A stretch of DNA of 64,000 bases from Eledone cirrhosa (taxonomy: Eukaryota). The position numbers and the translations under genes were made by a program. Location of the stretch: NCBI GenBank assembly GCA_964016885.1, contig OZ024744.1, positions 104,718,001-104,782,000 of the forward strand, given 5' to 3'. Position 1 is the stretch's first letter. Each line of letters starts with the position of its first letter. Positions 49,480-60,902 of this stretch are shown here, one piece after another. The notes under the pieces are model-generated. The model did no database searches and had not been told where the DNA came from. It saw nothing but the letters and a program-made list of their open reading frames with translations.

Positions 49480-52330
49480 CACAAGCACCCTGGACGGGCT
49501 GAGATGCCCACGTCTCAGCGTGTTCCTGGCGGAATTGGTGACAGACTGTAGCGCAATGCTATTTCACTATTCCGCGTAGTGAGACCCACAGACTCAGACA
49601 TACAGCGTATTGCGTCGTAACTAGAGGCTAGCAAGCGGAGGTTCTTTCGAATCATGATGGCGGGTATCATCTTCACCAGTTGTCAGAGATTTAACCCACC
49701 ATCCCGTCTGCTACTATATAGGAAGGAAACAGAAGTCGACTCGTGCAGATGTAGCATCCTACGGGGCCCTGTGCGAGTATCCGAGTCTAGCGCCTCAAGA
49801 TTATGCCGGATAGGTAATACTTGTGATAGAGCTAAGTAAAACAACCTAGCTAAGTAAAATTGCTGCATAAGATGGAATTTCTGCCAGGGTTTCAATGGAG
49901 CTCTGTATATTTTATCGATACACAAGTGATACCTGCTCCACCGAAACTATCATCTTGGAGTTCAACGATGAGCCGACTTTGACCCCTAATAGGAACATTT
50001 CTCTGCAGGTTAGATCCTCAAAAGCTGATTCCCATCGATTTCTGGAGGTGGATGCGTATTGAACAAGAAGGACTTGCCCCATGCCTTCACCGGGACAAGG
50101 CGCATTTGGAGATATTTACCGCTAGCCCCCACCTCCCGGTAGAACGACACGCATCTGTCAACTAGATGTTGCAACTCCACCGGAGAGCCGCAACCAGAGC
50201 ATTATTGTCCACGTACGCCAAGCTCGATGACCCCACATCTCCAACCTGTAAGCCACAGGTAATCCATCAGTGGGTCCGTGGCTATCTTGAAAAGCAGGGG
50301 CAGGAGTGCGTCTCCTTGCCGGACACCTCGCTTGATTTCGATGAGTCTGCTGCTTGTTTCCGCTCCGACCGAGAATTTTGTGCCGCGTCCTTCATACAGA
50401 CCTTTCATGGCATCGACCAAATACTTGTGAAAGCCAAGTCTTCTCATGCCCGCAAACAGAAGTAAATGCAGGACAGTATCGAATGCCTTTGCAAGACCTA
50501 AGAAGGCAACCGGCAGCATTAATGAATCTCCTTTGGGCAGGGTTCAGAGGGGTGACCTGAAACATTCTATTGGAGAGAAGCCTGGTGTATAAATGATACA
50601 CGGCAGAGCATATCGTTAGGGGTCTCCAATTGGTCAGGTCATATGGGTTGTCCATAATCCTGCGAATCAGGACAGACCTGCCTAGTTTCAAGACATCGGC
50701 TACCTTCCTGACCAGCAGCATGCAGTTAAAAAGGTTCACCTGAATTGCAGGGTTGACTGCGAGGATCTGTCGGGGTGTAATTCCATTGGGACCCGGAGCA
50801 GAAGTGGTTCTCCTACACCTACGTGCCCCCCCCCCCCCCCCGCCCACAACCTCAAACGTGGTAAACGGATGCAAGAATAGCGTATTGTCCACCAGTTCCA
50901 GTGCGGGATAAGCATTGAGATCCACTCCGGGTCCCAGGTGGGAAAACCTGACTGAATAGACCGACTCAATGTCGGCCATACGGACAGGGCACACCCCCTG
51001 CTTCTCCTCCCCTAAAATTACTGCAAGGAGGCTTCTTTCTATCTCAATCAAATAAATTCTGGAAGCGAGCATAAAGCGCCCTCTTTTTACTCTTTCTACC
51101 AGATTTCTTGTAGGGCCTTTAATGTCTACTCTTTTTCCATGGGTTTACACATCTCCTGCATTAGCACATGTCTTCCAACCATCCATCTACACACCCCACG
51201 AACTCACCCCAACCCTCGTCCATGACTTCATCACAAAATGTGGTGAGGCACTCGACAAAGGCAGCGGACCATCGAGAGTGACCTGGTTCCACTGCATTAC
51301 CGAAAGAGTTCCTCCAGGTGGCATCGGAGGTTGCCAGAGAGATCGTTCCACTCATCTGGTCAGGTGGCCACACATCAGCCGATCTTCTTACGTGGGTAGT
51401 AGATCGTTTTCTGCACCTCTTTTTATTCAGATTGCTCCTCTTTGAACTAATCTGCTTTATGGTCTTTCCAGGCAGGAACGGAGAGATACCTACATTGATG
51501 CGATGGCACTCTGCTTTGAAGAGCTCTTTCTTCCTCCTTGGACAAACAGCCTTTGCCATCACGAACACCGGGTAGTGCAGTTCTCTCCCGGGAAGCGGCT
51601 GCCACATGAATCACACTCTTATGTTCAATTTCAGGGCGTACTTTGCAATCCCACAGTGATTGGCAACTGTAGGATGCAGATGTCTTTTGTGCTGTGATTT
51701 TCTGGGAATCGCGCAAAAAGCACGATTGCATTCCCCACATTTGTGGCTTAGATCTAAGGCGGCGGAAGTGTTGTCCCATCTCCTGCCAGTACATTGGCCA
51801 GAGTGGACCCTGAGCAAATGGAGGTGTCCACTCTTCCTATCACATTTAGAACATCTGAAAATCGGTTTTCGCCTATGCCACTGCACCAACTTTTCCGCCC
51901 AACCAGACGGGCCAGAGAAGTGACGCGGACAGTGGGAACAAAATAACATAACACTTTTGCAAGGTATTTCCAGGCAATCATCCCCCACGCAGGGCATGCA
52001 GACTTCTCCGACAAAGTCTACGTGGTCTTGCGCCCACTGCAAGGGAAGCTGTTTGCCTTTCAACATCAAGACATGCTTCCTGTAACCCAGAGTAAACGTA
52101 TACGGGATACACCTATGAACAGTAACAGTCGGTAAAGCAATCTTCCGGTTATCCATATCCAGTGAGTTGGTGCTCTTATGAGGGGGGACATGACCCAACT
52201 CGATGTCAGCCCTCAGAGATGATTGCCGATTGTCACAGCGGGCCACTACAACACACTGCGGCAGGCTAGGAGAGCTCACCCTAACTCCCTCAGTCACTGT
52301 TTTAACAGTCTCCAGCTGCTGTATGGATTC
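49478..52330 (-). mobile_element. R2-like non-LTR retrotransposon (three zinc fingers, Myb, RT), 3'-truncated and decayed
   Basis: CSHCPRHF, CSKCDRKSGHLHLLRVHSGQC, CGECNRAF..SQHKRHLH; Myb-like INVGISPFLPGKTIKQISSKR; SAPGPNGIT, NWRPLTICS, AKAFDTV, RGVRQGD, AYVD, APLKPWQK, RDGGL. Confidence 0.85.
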
Positions 52331-52339
52331 ATTATTCTT

Positions 52340-52527
52340 CGGTGGATTGGCAGTATCGGTAGAGGGTTGGACGCCATGCTTTCCAGCATAGTTACGTCCC
52401 TTTATGATGTGAGTTCAAATCCCGCCGAGGTTGACTTTGCCTTTCATCCTTACGGGGTCGATAAAATAAAATACCAGTAATGCACTGGGTAATTGCTGGC
52501 CTTGTGCCTAAAGTAGAAACAATTATT
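52340..52527 (+). mobile_element. OK-like SINE
   Basis: Full consensus-like copy. Confidence 0.88.
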
Positions 52528-52715
52528 CTTATTCACCTCCTATTTTGTATAAGCACTTAGTTCATCCTTGTGGTAGACTACCCGAGAATGGTTGAACCTG
52601 CCAAGACGCTGATCGCCACGAGGAAAAAAATATAGAAACACAAAAAAGACGATGCTGCCTCACTCATACAGCTCATACCATGAACTTAAGCTCCCTACTC
52701 ACAAGGGGGTGTATT

Positions 52716-52892
52716 TAGAGGGGTTTACTTTTACTTAGATACTTCACATGCAGTTGCCTCACAAGGAAGAGAACACTTGTACTTCTTCCTGGGACAAATC
52801 CAAACTGCATCTCATCAACGTACTTTGCTTCCTAATCAGTTGTACAATGACTCTTTCTGTAACTTTCATGACCAAGTCCATCAAGTTTAAGC
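52716..52892 (-). mobile_element. Small RTE RT fragment
   Basis: LMDLVMKVTERVIVQLIR...YLSKSKPL, homologous to about 47770-47920. Confidence 0.65.
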
Positions 52893-52942
52893 GAGAACAA
52901 AGTATCAATATAACATAAATATATTTTTTATTCACAGGCAAC

Positions 52943-53248
52943 ATGTAACATTTTTTAAATTCACATATTAAATTCACATATTTTAAATTCACATATTCAC
53001 ATTTGACATGCGATTCACAATCGATCAGCACAAGATAAGATTGTTAGTGATCAGTTCTGACACGAGTCAACAGCTCATCAGACTAGAGTATTCAGGAATC
53101 CACAAGTCTGATGAGATATTGATTCCAGAGTTGGGCCTGATCACTACCAATTGTACCTTCTGCTGATCGATTGTGAATAGCATGTCAAATGTGAATATGT
53201 GAATTTAAAATATGTTAATTTAATATGTGAATTTAAAAAATGTTACAT
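52943..53248. repeat. 306-bp imperfect palindrome (fold-back or MITE-like)
   Basis: Left arm ATGTAACATTTTTTAAATTCACATATT...ACAATCGATCAGCA...CTCATCAGACT mirrors right arm AGTCTGATGAG...TGCTGATCGATTGT...AATATGTGAATTTAAAAAATGTTACAT. Confidence 0.9.
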
Positions 53249-53444
53249 TGATACTTCATTCCCACTTATTATTTCTGTTGTCATTGTTTTTCCTTTTCCT
53301 TCAGTATTGTTTCTGATATATGCCGAGTGTCTTCCTGACACCTAGGGCAAATAAAGTCACTGTGTACATTGGTAAGCCAGTTAACACACCACATTGATTA
53401 AAATTTACAGCTTAAAAAATAATAATAATTATTATTATTATTTG

Positions 53445-55325
53445 AGTACCTGGTACCTGGAATGTTGCCAGGCGCTCACTGCCCTCCACCAGTCAGGAAA
53501 AACGGTCAGTGGAAATTTCACTCTTGAGTTCTATAGAGGATTAGTGGAGGGCAAGTGCAACAACACTCATGGAGAAGGCCTGGGTGCCAACAAAATCAAA
53601 CTGACCAGTCTGTTCTGGAGAACTTTTGAGCTGGGGAATACTAGAAATCTTTCGCTTTGCAGTGCTACCAGAGGGCACTGCTGGTTCGAAATAAACTCTA
53701 AAGGCACAGAAGTGCAGTCAGAGAGACCTGCCCAAGATATGCACTGAGCAATGAAACCATTCTGCATGCACTCGTCCAGTGTCGAACAGCTGTTATTGCA
53801 TGTAGGACGGATCCAGCTAATGACTGAGTCCATAATGAAGATCGACCCATCGTCTTCTTTTGGCCAGGAAGGGCCAGTAGTTTTCTTCTATCTGGTGGCA
53901 GTAGCAAAAAGAGGTTGTGTGGTGGACCAGGTAGAAAGGACTGAAGATAGACACTTTTCTCTTCGGCCAATCTCTCAACTTTTTCAAGTCTCACTTGGAA
54001 AGGAAGGTGAGGGTGGAGAGAGAGAAGTGCTGCCCCCCCCCCCCCCCCAGTACATTTTCTAAAAGGAGGGTGAATGTGGTGAGAATGGCCTGTGTGAATG
54101 GGCCTACTCTGAGCATGCACCTATAGGCTGGTTGATTTGAGGAGGAGAGGACCTTTCCTGTGTGCCCTCGAACTGTTGGGTGGTTCAGGATTGGTGGGGT
54201 ACCTGTGTCGCCCCTGGGTAGTTCTCTACACTATTAGGGAATTTTTATTGGTAGGGTGTTGAATAAAATATTTAGCAGCATAGAGTTATGGCCCTTCACA
54301 TTCTGTGTTCAAATCCCGCCGAGGTTAGCTTTGCCTTTCATCCATACGAGGTCGATAAAATGAAGTACCAGTTATATACTGGTGTTTATTTAATCGACCT
54401 TCCCTTTCCCCAAATATTTTTGGCCTTGTGTTTAAATCAGAAACCATTATATCATTATTAACACTGCTTGTTATGGATACCAAAACTGGTGAAGACTCAT
54501 AGAATCTCACTTTGGTAGCCACACCCACATATTAGAATTGAGTCCTCAAACTGGTGAACCAACAGTAACTGAACGTTATACATAAACACACTATATATAA
54601 CTCTATCTATCTCTCTTTCTTTTTTCAAATACCACTTTGGAAGAAGAATCAGGATGGAGAGAGAGGTGCTGTACCCCAGCAAGTTTTATGAAAGGTGGGT
54701 GAAAGTGGCGAGAATGGCCCAAGTGAATGGGCCTTCTCTCTATATCAGCCTGTAGGTTGAGGAAAAGGAGGAGGAGGAGAGGAAAGGAGTACAAACTCTT
54801 CATACTCCTGGAGATGGGGGTTGCACATTTTTCCGGGGGTATGTGTTACCCATATAAACTGTCTCCCCCTATTGGGGAAAATCGACTAATTTTTTTAAAT
54901 TGCATTTGCGATAATATTTTACACGTTTTTATTGTATGTAAACTTCCCCCTTTGTATTTGTCCCCTTCTTTTGTGCCCCTGTGGCTAATAAAGAAATATA
55001 TCTATTTATCTCTAACCCCAGTCGTTTTTGTGAAAGGTGGGTGAAAGTGGCGAGAATGGCCCGTGTGAATGGGCCTTCTCTCTACATCAGCCTGTAGCTG
55101 GAAAAGAGGAAGGAACGAGAGAGCACCCTCTCTCTGTGCTCCCGAGGAGAAGGGGTTGCACACTTTTTTTCGGGGGTGTGTGCGACCCCCCAAACGCCCC
55201 CTCCCTATTGAGGACTTTATTGTTAATTTTATATTTGTTATTTGTTTCCTTTACTCGCCTTTTTGTGTAAACTCCCCCCTTGTATTTGTTCCCTTCTTTT
55301 CGCCCTAGTGGCAATAAATAGAAAT
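53445..55325 (+). mobile_element. Three Tx1/L1 3' fragments (about 53445-54245, 54620-54997, 55011-55325) with an OK-like SINE at about 54250-54455
   Basis: Homologous to the inverse of 33311-34300 (FYRGLVEGK, RWVKVARMA.VNG); ends GTGGCTAATAAAGAAAT and GTGGCAATAAATAGAAAT. Confidence 0.8.
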
Positions 55326-55740
55326 CTATCTATTTATCTATCTAACTGTCTGTCTGTCTATCTGTCTAACAAAAAAAAAAAAAAAAGTAAAAAGAAAGTT
55401 ATCTTTCTACCTGTCTATCTGTCTAACTGCCTGTCTGACTCTATGTCTCTCCGTCCGTCAGTCCATCCATATATATATATATATATTTAAATTTCTTTTA
55501 TTCGTAAATTAATTTTACATTTGCATTTTTCTGTTTTCCATTTTATTTTTATTTCATTCACTTTTTTAATAACTTGTACTTTCACTTCAATATAGAAAGT
55601 TTGTAGGATTTTGACCCTTATTAAAATATCTTGTATTTTGTAAAACAATTTATTTCTTGAAAATGTTGCCTATTCACCGATTCAGGTAAAAGACTATTTA
55701 TTAATGAGTTAACTTATTTTACCTATCACCGCGCACAAAA

Positions 55741-55750
55741 CCAGGAAGTA
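55741..55750 (+). promoter_or_regulatory. Possible ETS-type site in the DFFB-like promoter
   Basis: CCAGGAAGTA about 85 bp upstream of the ATG in repeat-free DNA; motif match only. Confidence 0.25.
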
Positions 55751-55833
55751 AATTGTTTTGATGAAATAGAAGTTAGAATCGTGCACAAATCTGAAGCTTA
55801 AACGAACAAAGGTTTGGTGTGACGGTCAACAAT

Positions 55834-55935
55834 ATGAACAAACCCTACAAAATCCGGGGTGTAGACAATCAAAAGTTTGGTGTCGTGTCTGATTCTTTGG
55901 ACAATTTAATTTCGGCGGGATGTCAAATTCTTAAT
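55834..55935 (+). CDS. DFFB: First coding exon of a CIDE-N domain protein, most like DNA fragmentation factor beta (CAD/DFF40)
   Basis: Manual translation MNKPYKIRGVDNQKFGVVSDSLDNLISAGCQILN then phase-0 donor GTAAGT; in-frame TGA upstream at 55792; the KFGV..S...L...GC pattern fits the DFFB CIDE-N. DFFA/CIDE is not excluded and exon 2 was not found. Confidence 0.72.
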
Positions 55936-56094
55936 GTAAGTCTTTAATTTTTTTCATTCTAAGTTGGATCGACTCAGTTTTTCCTAACACTTTCAATAAT
56001 GTATTCGAATATTTAAATCTTGGTCATATATTTTGGTGTATTGTATTTGTAAGGTTCCTAGCAATAGTTAATTATTAACATAATAAATAAATTT

Positions 56095-56712
56095 ACAGTA
56101 GAATAACATAACAAATATGTTTTAAATATATACATAAATAACACTACAAATGCTTAGATAACATTATAAATTACTCGCGATTCTTTCAGAAAGATATATT
56201 CCTTTAATGTTGCAATATTAAAGAAAATGTAAAAGAAGGGGTGAACAACGGAACCAACACCAGAGCAAAAGACAGCAACGTCGCGAGGAGTACCGGGCAA
56301 CCTCTCTAATGATTTTTGAGGCAAGTCAGCACTCGCAGCGTTGCCTTGGGTGATGGCGAGGCTGATGCGCTGAAACAGCCAAGCACCCTCGCGAGATTCA
56401 CCAGTTACCTCTATTAGGTGAGCCGCCAGTGAAAAGAGGAACCTCGAAGTCAGCGGCCCAATTCCCCCAAACGTCCCGAAAGCCACAGCCTGGAAAATGT
56501 AGCTGGCCGACAGATCACGGTATTTGAGGGTCTTACTCCGCCGGGCTGCGGAAGCTGTGGCTCACGTCCTAACCGCAGCATCCAGGATGTGGGAAGAAGC
56601 AAAAGAGTTATTAACAGTGACGTCCCAGACAAGGCACCTGCCTCTCGACCAGGGGCCACAGGGTAAGGCCGTCAGGTCTTTTGCCGTCACTTCTGGACAA
56701 CCCAGATGGTTC
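56095..56712 (-). mobile_element. CRE-clade RLE 3' fragment, second family
   Basis: [48 protein letters not shown]. Confidence 0.82.
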
Positions 56713-57192
56713 TAAGATTGAGGGGATGTTCGCCCGGGCCTTTTTCAGTTTTTCCATATAGTGGGATCTGCTTCCACAAAAAGAAAAGTAAAAGACAAGC
56801 TAATCCAATAATTTATCCAAATACTAGGCTGGTCGCTTTGGGAGTGAAATATCTGTTTTTCCAATATGGCTTTCAAGACAATCGGGAATTATTTGTTTTT
56901 TAGTTAACATAGGAAAAACATCACCTCACCACCCCCAACACGAGACAGGTGTAATTGTAAAAACTTACCGGGTTGTTTAGGCCGCAAGATATCCCTCACT
57001 TAACAGACTTATGATCAAAGGCGTTCCAGCCTTGACACTCCTGTTTTTCCTTTTTTTTAAAAGACTAAGTTGGCGGCTATTTCTGGCAGATCAAATGACC
57101 ACGAAGAGATACCCTCGTCTCGTTGACTGCTAAATTTAAGGTAGAGGCCAAATTGTAAGTGATTAAAAAACAAATCAAGCACTGGGGTTAAT

Positions 57193-57950
57193 GTAATAAT
57201 AATAATAATAATTGTTTCCACTTTAGGCTCAAGGCCAGCAATTACTCAGTGCATTACTGGTACTTTATTTTATAGACCCCGTAAGGATGAAAGGCAAAGT
57301 CAATCTCGGCGGGATTTGAACTCAGATCGTAAAGGGACGTAACTATACTGGAAAGCATGGCGTCCGACCCTCTACCGATACTGCCAATCCAATAATAATA
57401 ATAGTTTCTATTTTAGGCACAAGGCTAGCAATTACCCAGAAATTGTTTTGTACAATGTAACCAACTTAACCAGCTACCAAAGAAAATGTTGGCCCTGTAC
57501 TTAAATTATAATCTATTGTTATAGCAATAATGTAAATAATTGTTTCTCCTTTTGGCACAAGGCCAGCAAATTATCCAGTGTATTACTGGTACTTTATTTT
57601 ATCGACCCCACTAATCATAAGCACTGTGAAGTTACACACACTTAGCTGTACTTGTATGGATCTGGCTGTACAATAATTGTTTCTACTTTTTGGCACAAGG
57701 CCAGCAATTACCCAGTGCATTACTGGTACTTTATTTTATCGACCCCCGTAAGGATGAAAGGCAAAGTTAACCTCGGCGAGATTTGAACTCAGAATGGCAA
57801 GGGCCGTAACTCTATGCGTCAAAGCATGGCGTCCGACCCTCTACCGATACTGCCAATAATGGTTTCTAAAAACCAACAATGTTTGGGCGAAAGGGAAAGT
57901 CGATTAAATTGACCCCAGTGCATTACTGGTGCTTTATTTTATCGAGTAAC
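57193..57950 (-). mobile_element. Cluster of OK-like SINE copies and fragments
   Basis: Full copies at about 57210-57392 and 57672-57858; fragments at about 57400-57440, 57535-57609 and 57860-57945. Confidence 0.85.
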
Positions 57951-58404
57951 GTTACTCCAAAGACACTTCGGAGGAACTCCATTTCAGCTGCTTGTATTTG
58001 TGATCGTATTCTTTTGGTCATTAGCAAAGATTCATACATCTACTTTTGGTCATGACTAGGCATATTTAAAATATAATTTATCTTTAGTCCCTTTCCTCAT
58101 TTTCAGAATTGATAACCAAGAACTTATACTTCCACTCATACATTCTATGACAACAGTCCTCTAGAATATATTTCTGCTGCAGTGAAGGTTTTTACCAGAA
58201 ATTTATCAACATTTATTCCATTCTTTGAATTATTTCTATTCCTTTTTGCCAATGTAGAATATCACTATTTTCTGCAGATTCTACTCTTTAACTGTAAATC
58301 TAAAACTTTATCTTCTAAACATTTATCTTCCCTATTTTAAAATATTTATTTAAAACACCATTAGAACTATTGACTGGGTTTACTATTACAGCATATCATC
58401 ACAT

Positions 58405-58455
58405 ACAACGGGAGTCTCAAACAGGCGGCTCGGTGAGCCACATGCAGCCTGCAAA
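58405..58455 (+). mobile_element. Possible hAT (Charlie-like) terminal remnant
   Basis: GGAGTCTCAAACAGGCGGCTCGGTGAGCCACATGCAGCC resembles hAT ends; the other end was not found. Confidence 0.3.
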
Positions 58456-58526
58456 CTTTGCTATGGTAGAACGATTTCAGTGACTAATATTTTCCTTGGT
58501 AATTTATCCCTCACCTCTTCCATAAT

Positions 58527-58527
<1 letters not shown>

Positions 58528-58599
<72 letters not shown>
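58528..58599. repeat. (CT)n microsatellite
   Basis: Direct reading. Confidence 0.97.
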
Positions 58600-58602
<3 letters not shown>

Positions 58603-58664
58603 ATTAAGTATTAAATAGATATCAGACTATCAGCTGTATCACAGATTACCATTATAGCTGGTGG

Positions 58665-59070
58665 GAATCACACGAATACAAGTGGCCGAAATGGGATTCC
58701 TTCGAAGAGTCTTTGGAGTAACGTTACTCGATAAAGTGGGTAACTCAGAGATCAGAGAGTCACTCCAGGTAGAGCCGCTACTTCTCCGAAATGAAAGATC
58801 ACAGCGCCGCTACTATGGACATGTGGTTAGAATGTCTCAGGAAAGAATCACTGGACAGATTTTATGGGCAAAACCAACTTGTAAGAGACCCAGAGGTAGA
58901 CTCCTAGCAAGATGGTTGGATAACATCCATGAGTTTGGCTGGTCTCGCTTGGGGATCCAGCCGGATCAGTCGGAGATGGTTGCTTCTGACAGGACTTGCT
59001 GGAAGGAGTGTTTGAGGACTCTGCCTCCATGACCCTTTCAGGAATAAGTGGGCGAAGAAGAAGAAAAAGA
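58665..59070 (+). mobile_element. RTE LINE 3' end, third family, (GAA)n tail
   Basis: RIQVAEMGFLRR..GVTLLDKV.NSEIRE, RYYGHVVRM, KRPRGR...RWLD. Confidence 0.8.
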
Positions 59071-59289
59071 ACTGAACACAGTAAGCCTTCTAAGCAATTC
59101 ATGAAATTAATGGATTATCCTATTGCACACTGCTATACATGTTTTTCTTTCTCAGATAAAGGGACAGCCGTCTTAAAAAATGTCAGATTCCTTCTTTCCC
59201 ATACAACATACAAACTTAACCAAACTCACAAACTTCATAGTGTTGCATCTGAAACCATGTCAGCCTGTCAGAGAACACATTGTAATGTT

Positions 59290-60898
59290 TGTGTAGCTAT
59301 TGCTTGTATTGACTACACAGATATTAAGTTGTGTAGCTGTTGTATTGTATTGACTACACAGCATTAAGTTGTGTGTAGCTGTTGTATTGTATTGACTACA
59401 CAACATTAAGTTGTGTGTAGCTGTTGTATTGACTACACAGCATTAAGTTGTGTGTAGCTGTTGTATTGACTACGCAGCATTAAGTTGTGTGTAGCTGTTG
59501 CAATGACTACACAGCAATAGGTGTTGTGTGTAGCTGTTGTATTGTATTGACTACACAGCATTAAGTTGTGTAGCTGTGGTATTGACTACACTGTATTAAG
59601 TTGTGTGTAGCTGTTGTATTGACTACACAGCATTAAGTTGTGTAGTTGTTGTATTGACTACACAACATTAAGTTGTGTAGCTGTTGTATTGTATTGACTA
59701 CACAGCAATAGGTGTTGTGTGTAGCTGTTGTAATGACTACACAGCATTAAGTTGTGTGTAGCTGTTGTATGTGGTTTGAAAAAGCTATCTCACTTACCGC
59801 TTTTCATAAGCGCCACTAAATCCCATGGCTGGTTTCTCCTCTTCCACGTGCGTCCAACTCATTAACACTCGGGAGCTGCCAAACTCGCGTCCACACCGTT
59901 CCTGGTCACCACTAGAGAGAGACCGATCTGTTGGCCCTTCCGGTCGAGCACCCTTCCGGTCAAGCACTCTTTCGGTCGAGCACTCCCCAGCTTCCGGCCA
60001 CACCACACCATACCCACATTGACTACACAGCATTAAGTTGTGTGTAGCTATTGTAATGACTACACAGCAATAGGTGTTGTGTGTAGCTGTTGTATTGACT
60101 ACACAGCATTAAGTTGTGTGTAGCTATTGTATTGACTACACAGCATTAAGTTGTGTGTAGCTGTTGTATTAACTACACAGCAATAGGTGTTGTGTGTAGC
60201 TGTTGTAATGACTACACAGCATTAAGTTGTGTAGCTCTTGTATTGACTACACAGCAATAGGTGTTGTGTGTAGCTGTTGTATTGACTACACAGTATTAAG
60301 TTATGTGTAGCTCTTGTATTGACTACACAGCAATAAGTGTTGTGTGTAGCTGTTGTATTGACTACACAGTATTAAGTTATGTGTAGCTCTTGTATTGACT
60401 ACACAGCATTAAGCTGTGTGTAGCTGTTGTATTGACTACACAGTATTAAGTTGTGTGTAGCTGTTGTATTGACTACACAGCATTAAGTTGTGTGTAGCTG
60501 TTGTATTGACTACACAGCAATAGGTGTTGTGTGTAGCTGTTGTATTGACTACACAGTATTAAGTTGTGTGTAGCTCTTGTATTGACTACACAGCATTAAG
60601 TTGTGTGTAGCTGTTGTATTGACTACACAGTATTAAGTTGTGTGTAGCTGTTGTATTAACTACACAGTATTAAGTTGTGTGTAGCTGTTGTATTAACTAC
60701 ACAGCATTAAGTTGTGTGTAGCTGTTGTATTGACTACACAGTATTAAGTTGTGTGTAGCTGTTGTATTAACTACACAGCATTAAGTTGTGTGTAGCTGTT
60801 GTATTGACTACACAGTATTAAGTTATGTGTAGCTCTTGTATTGACTACACAGCATTAAGTTGTGTGTAGCTGTTGTATTGACTACACAGTATTAAGTT
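59290..60898. repeat. 37-bp (35-43 bp variants) hairpin-forming minisatellite, about 36 units
   Basis: TATTGACTACACAGCATTAAGTTGTGTGTAGCTGTTG; CTACACA/TGTGTAG inverted repeat in each unit. Confidence 0.95.
59770..60018. mobile_element. 249-bp TG...CA insertion (solo-LTR-like)
   Basis: GC-rich, ends TGTGG...CCACA, three internal 16-bp repeats (CCTTCCGGTCGAGCAC-like); interrupts an array unit. Confidence 0.55.
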
Positions 60899-60902
60899 CC
60901 TG

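Noticed and set aside
53105-53135. Hammerhead core CTGATGAG in the palindrome
   Set aside because: No stem II followed by GAAA downstream; the motif is simply part of the inverted repeat.
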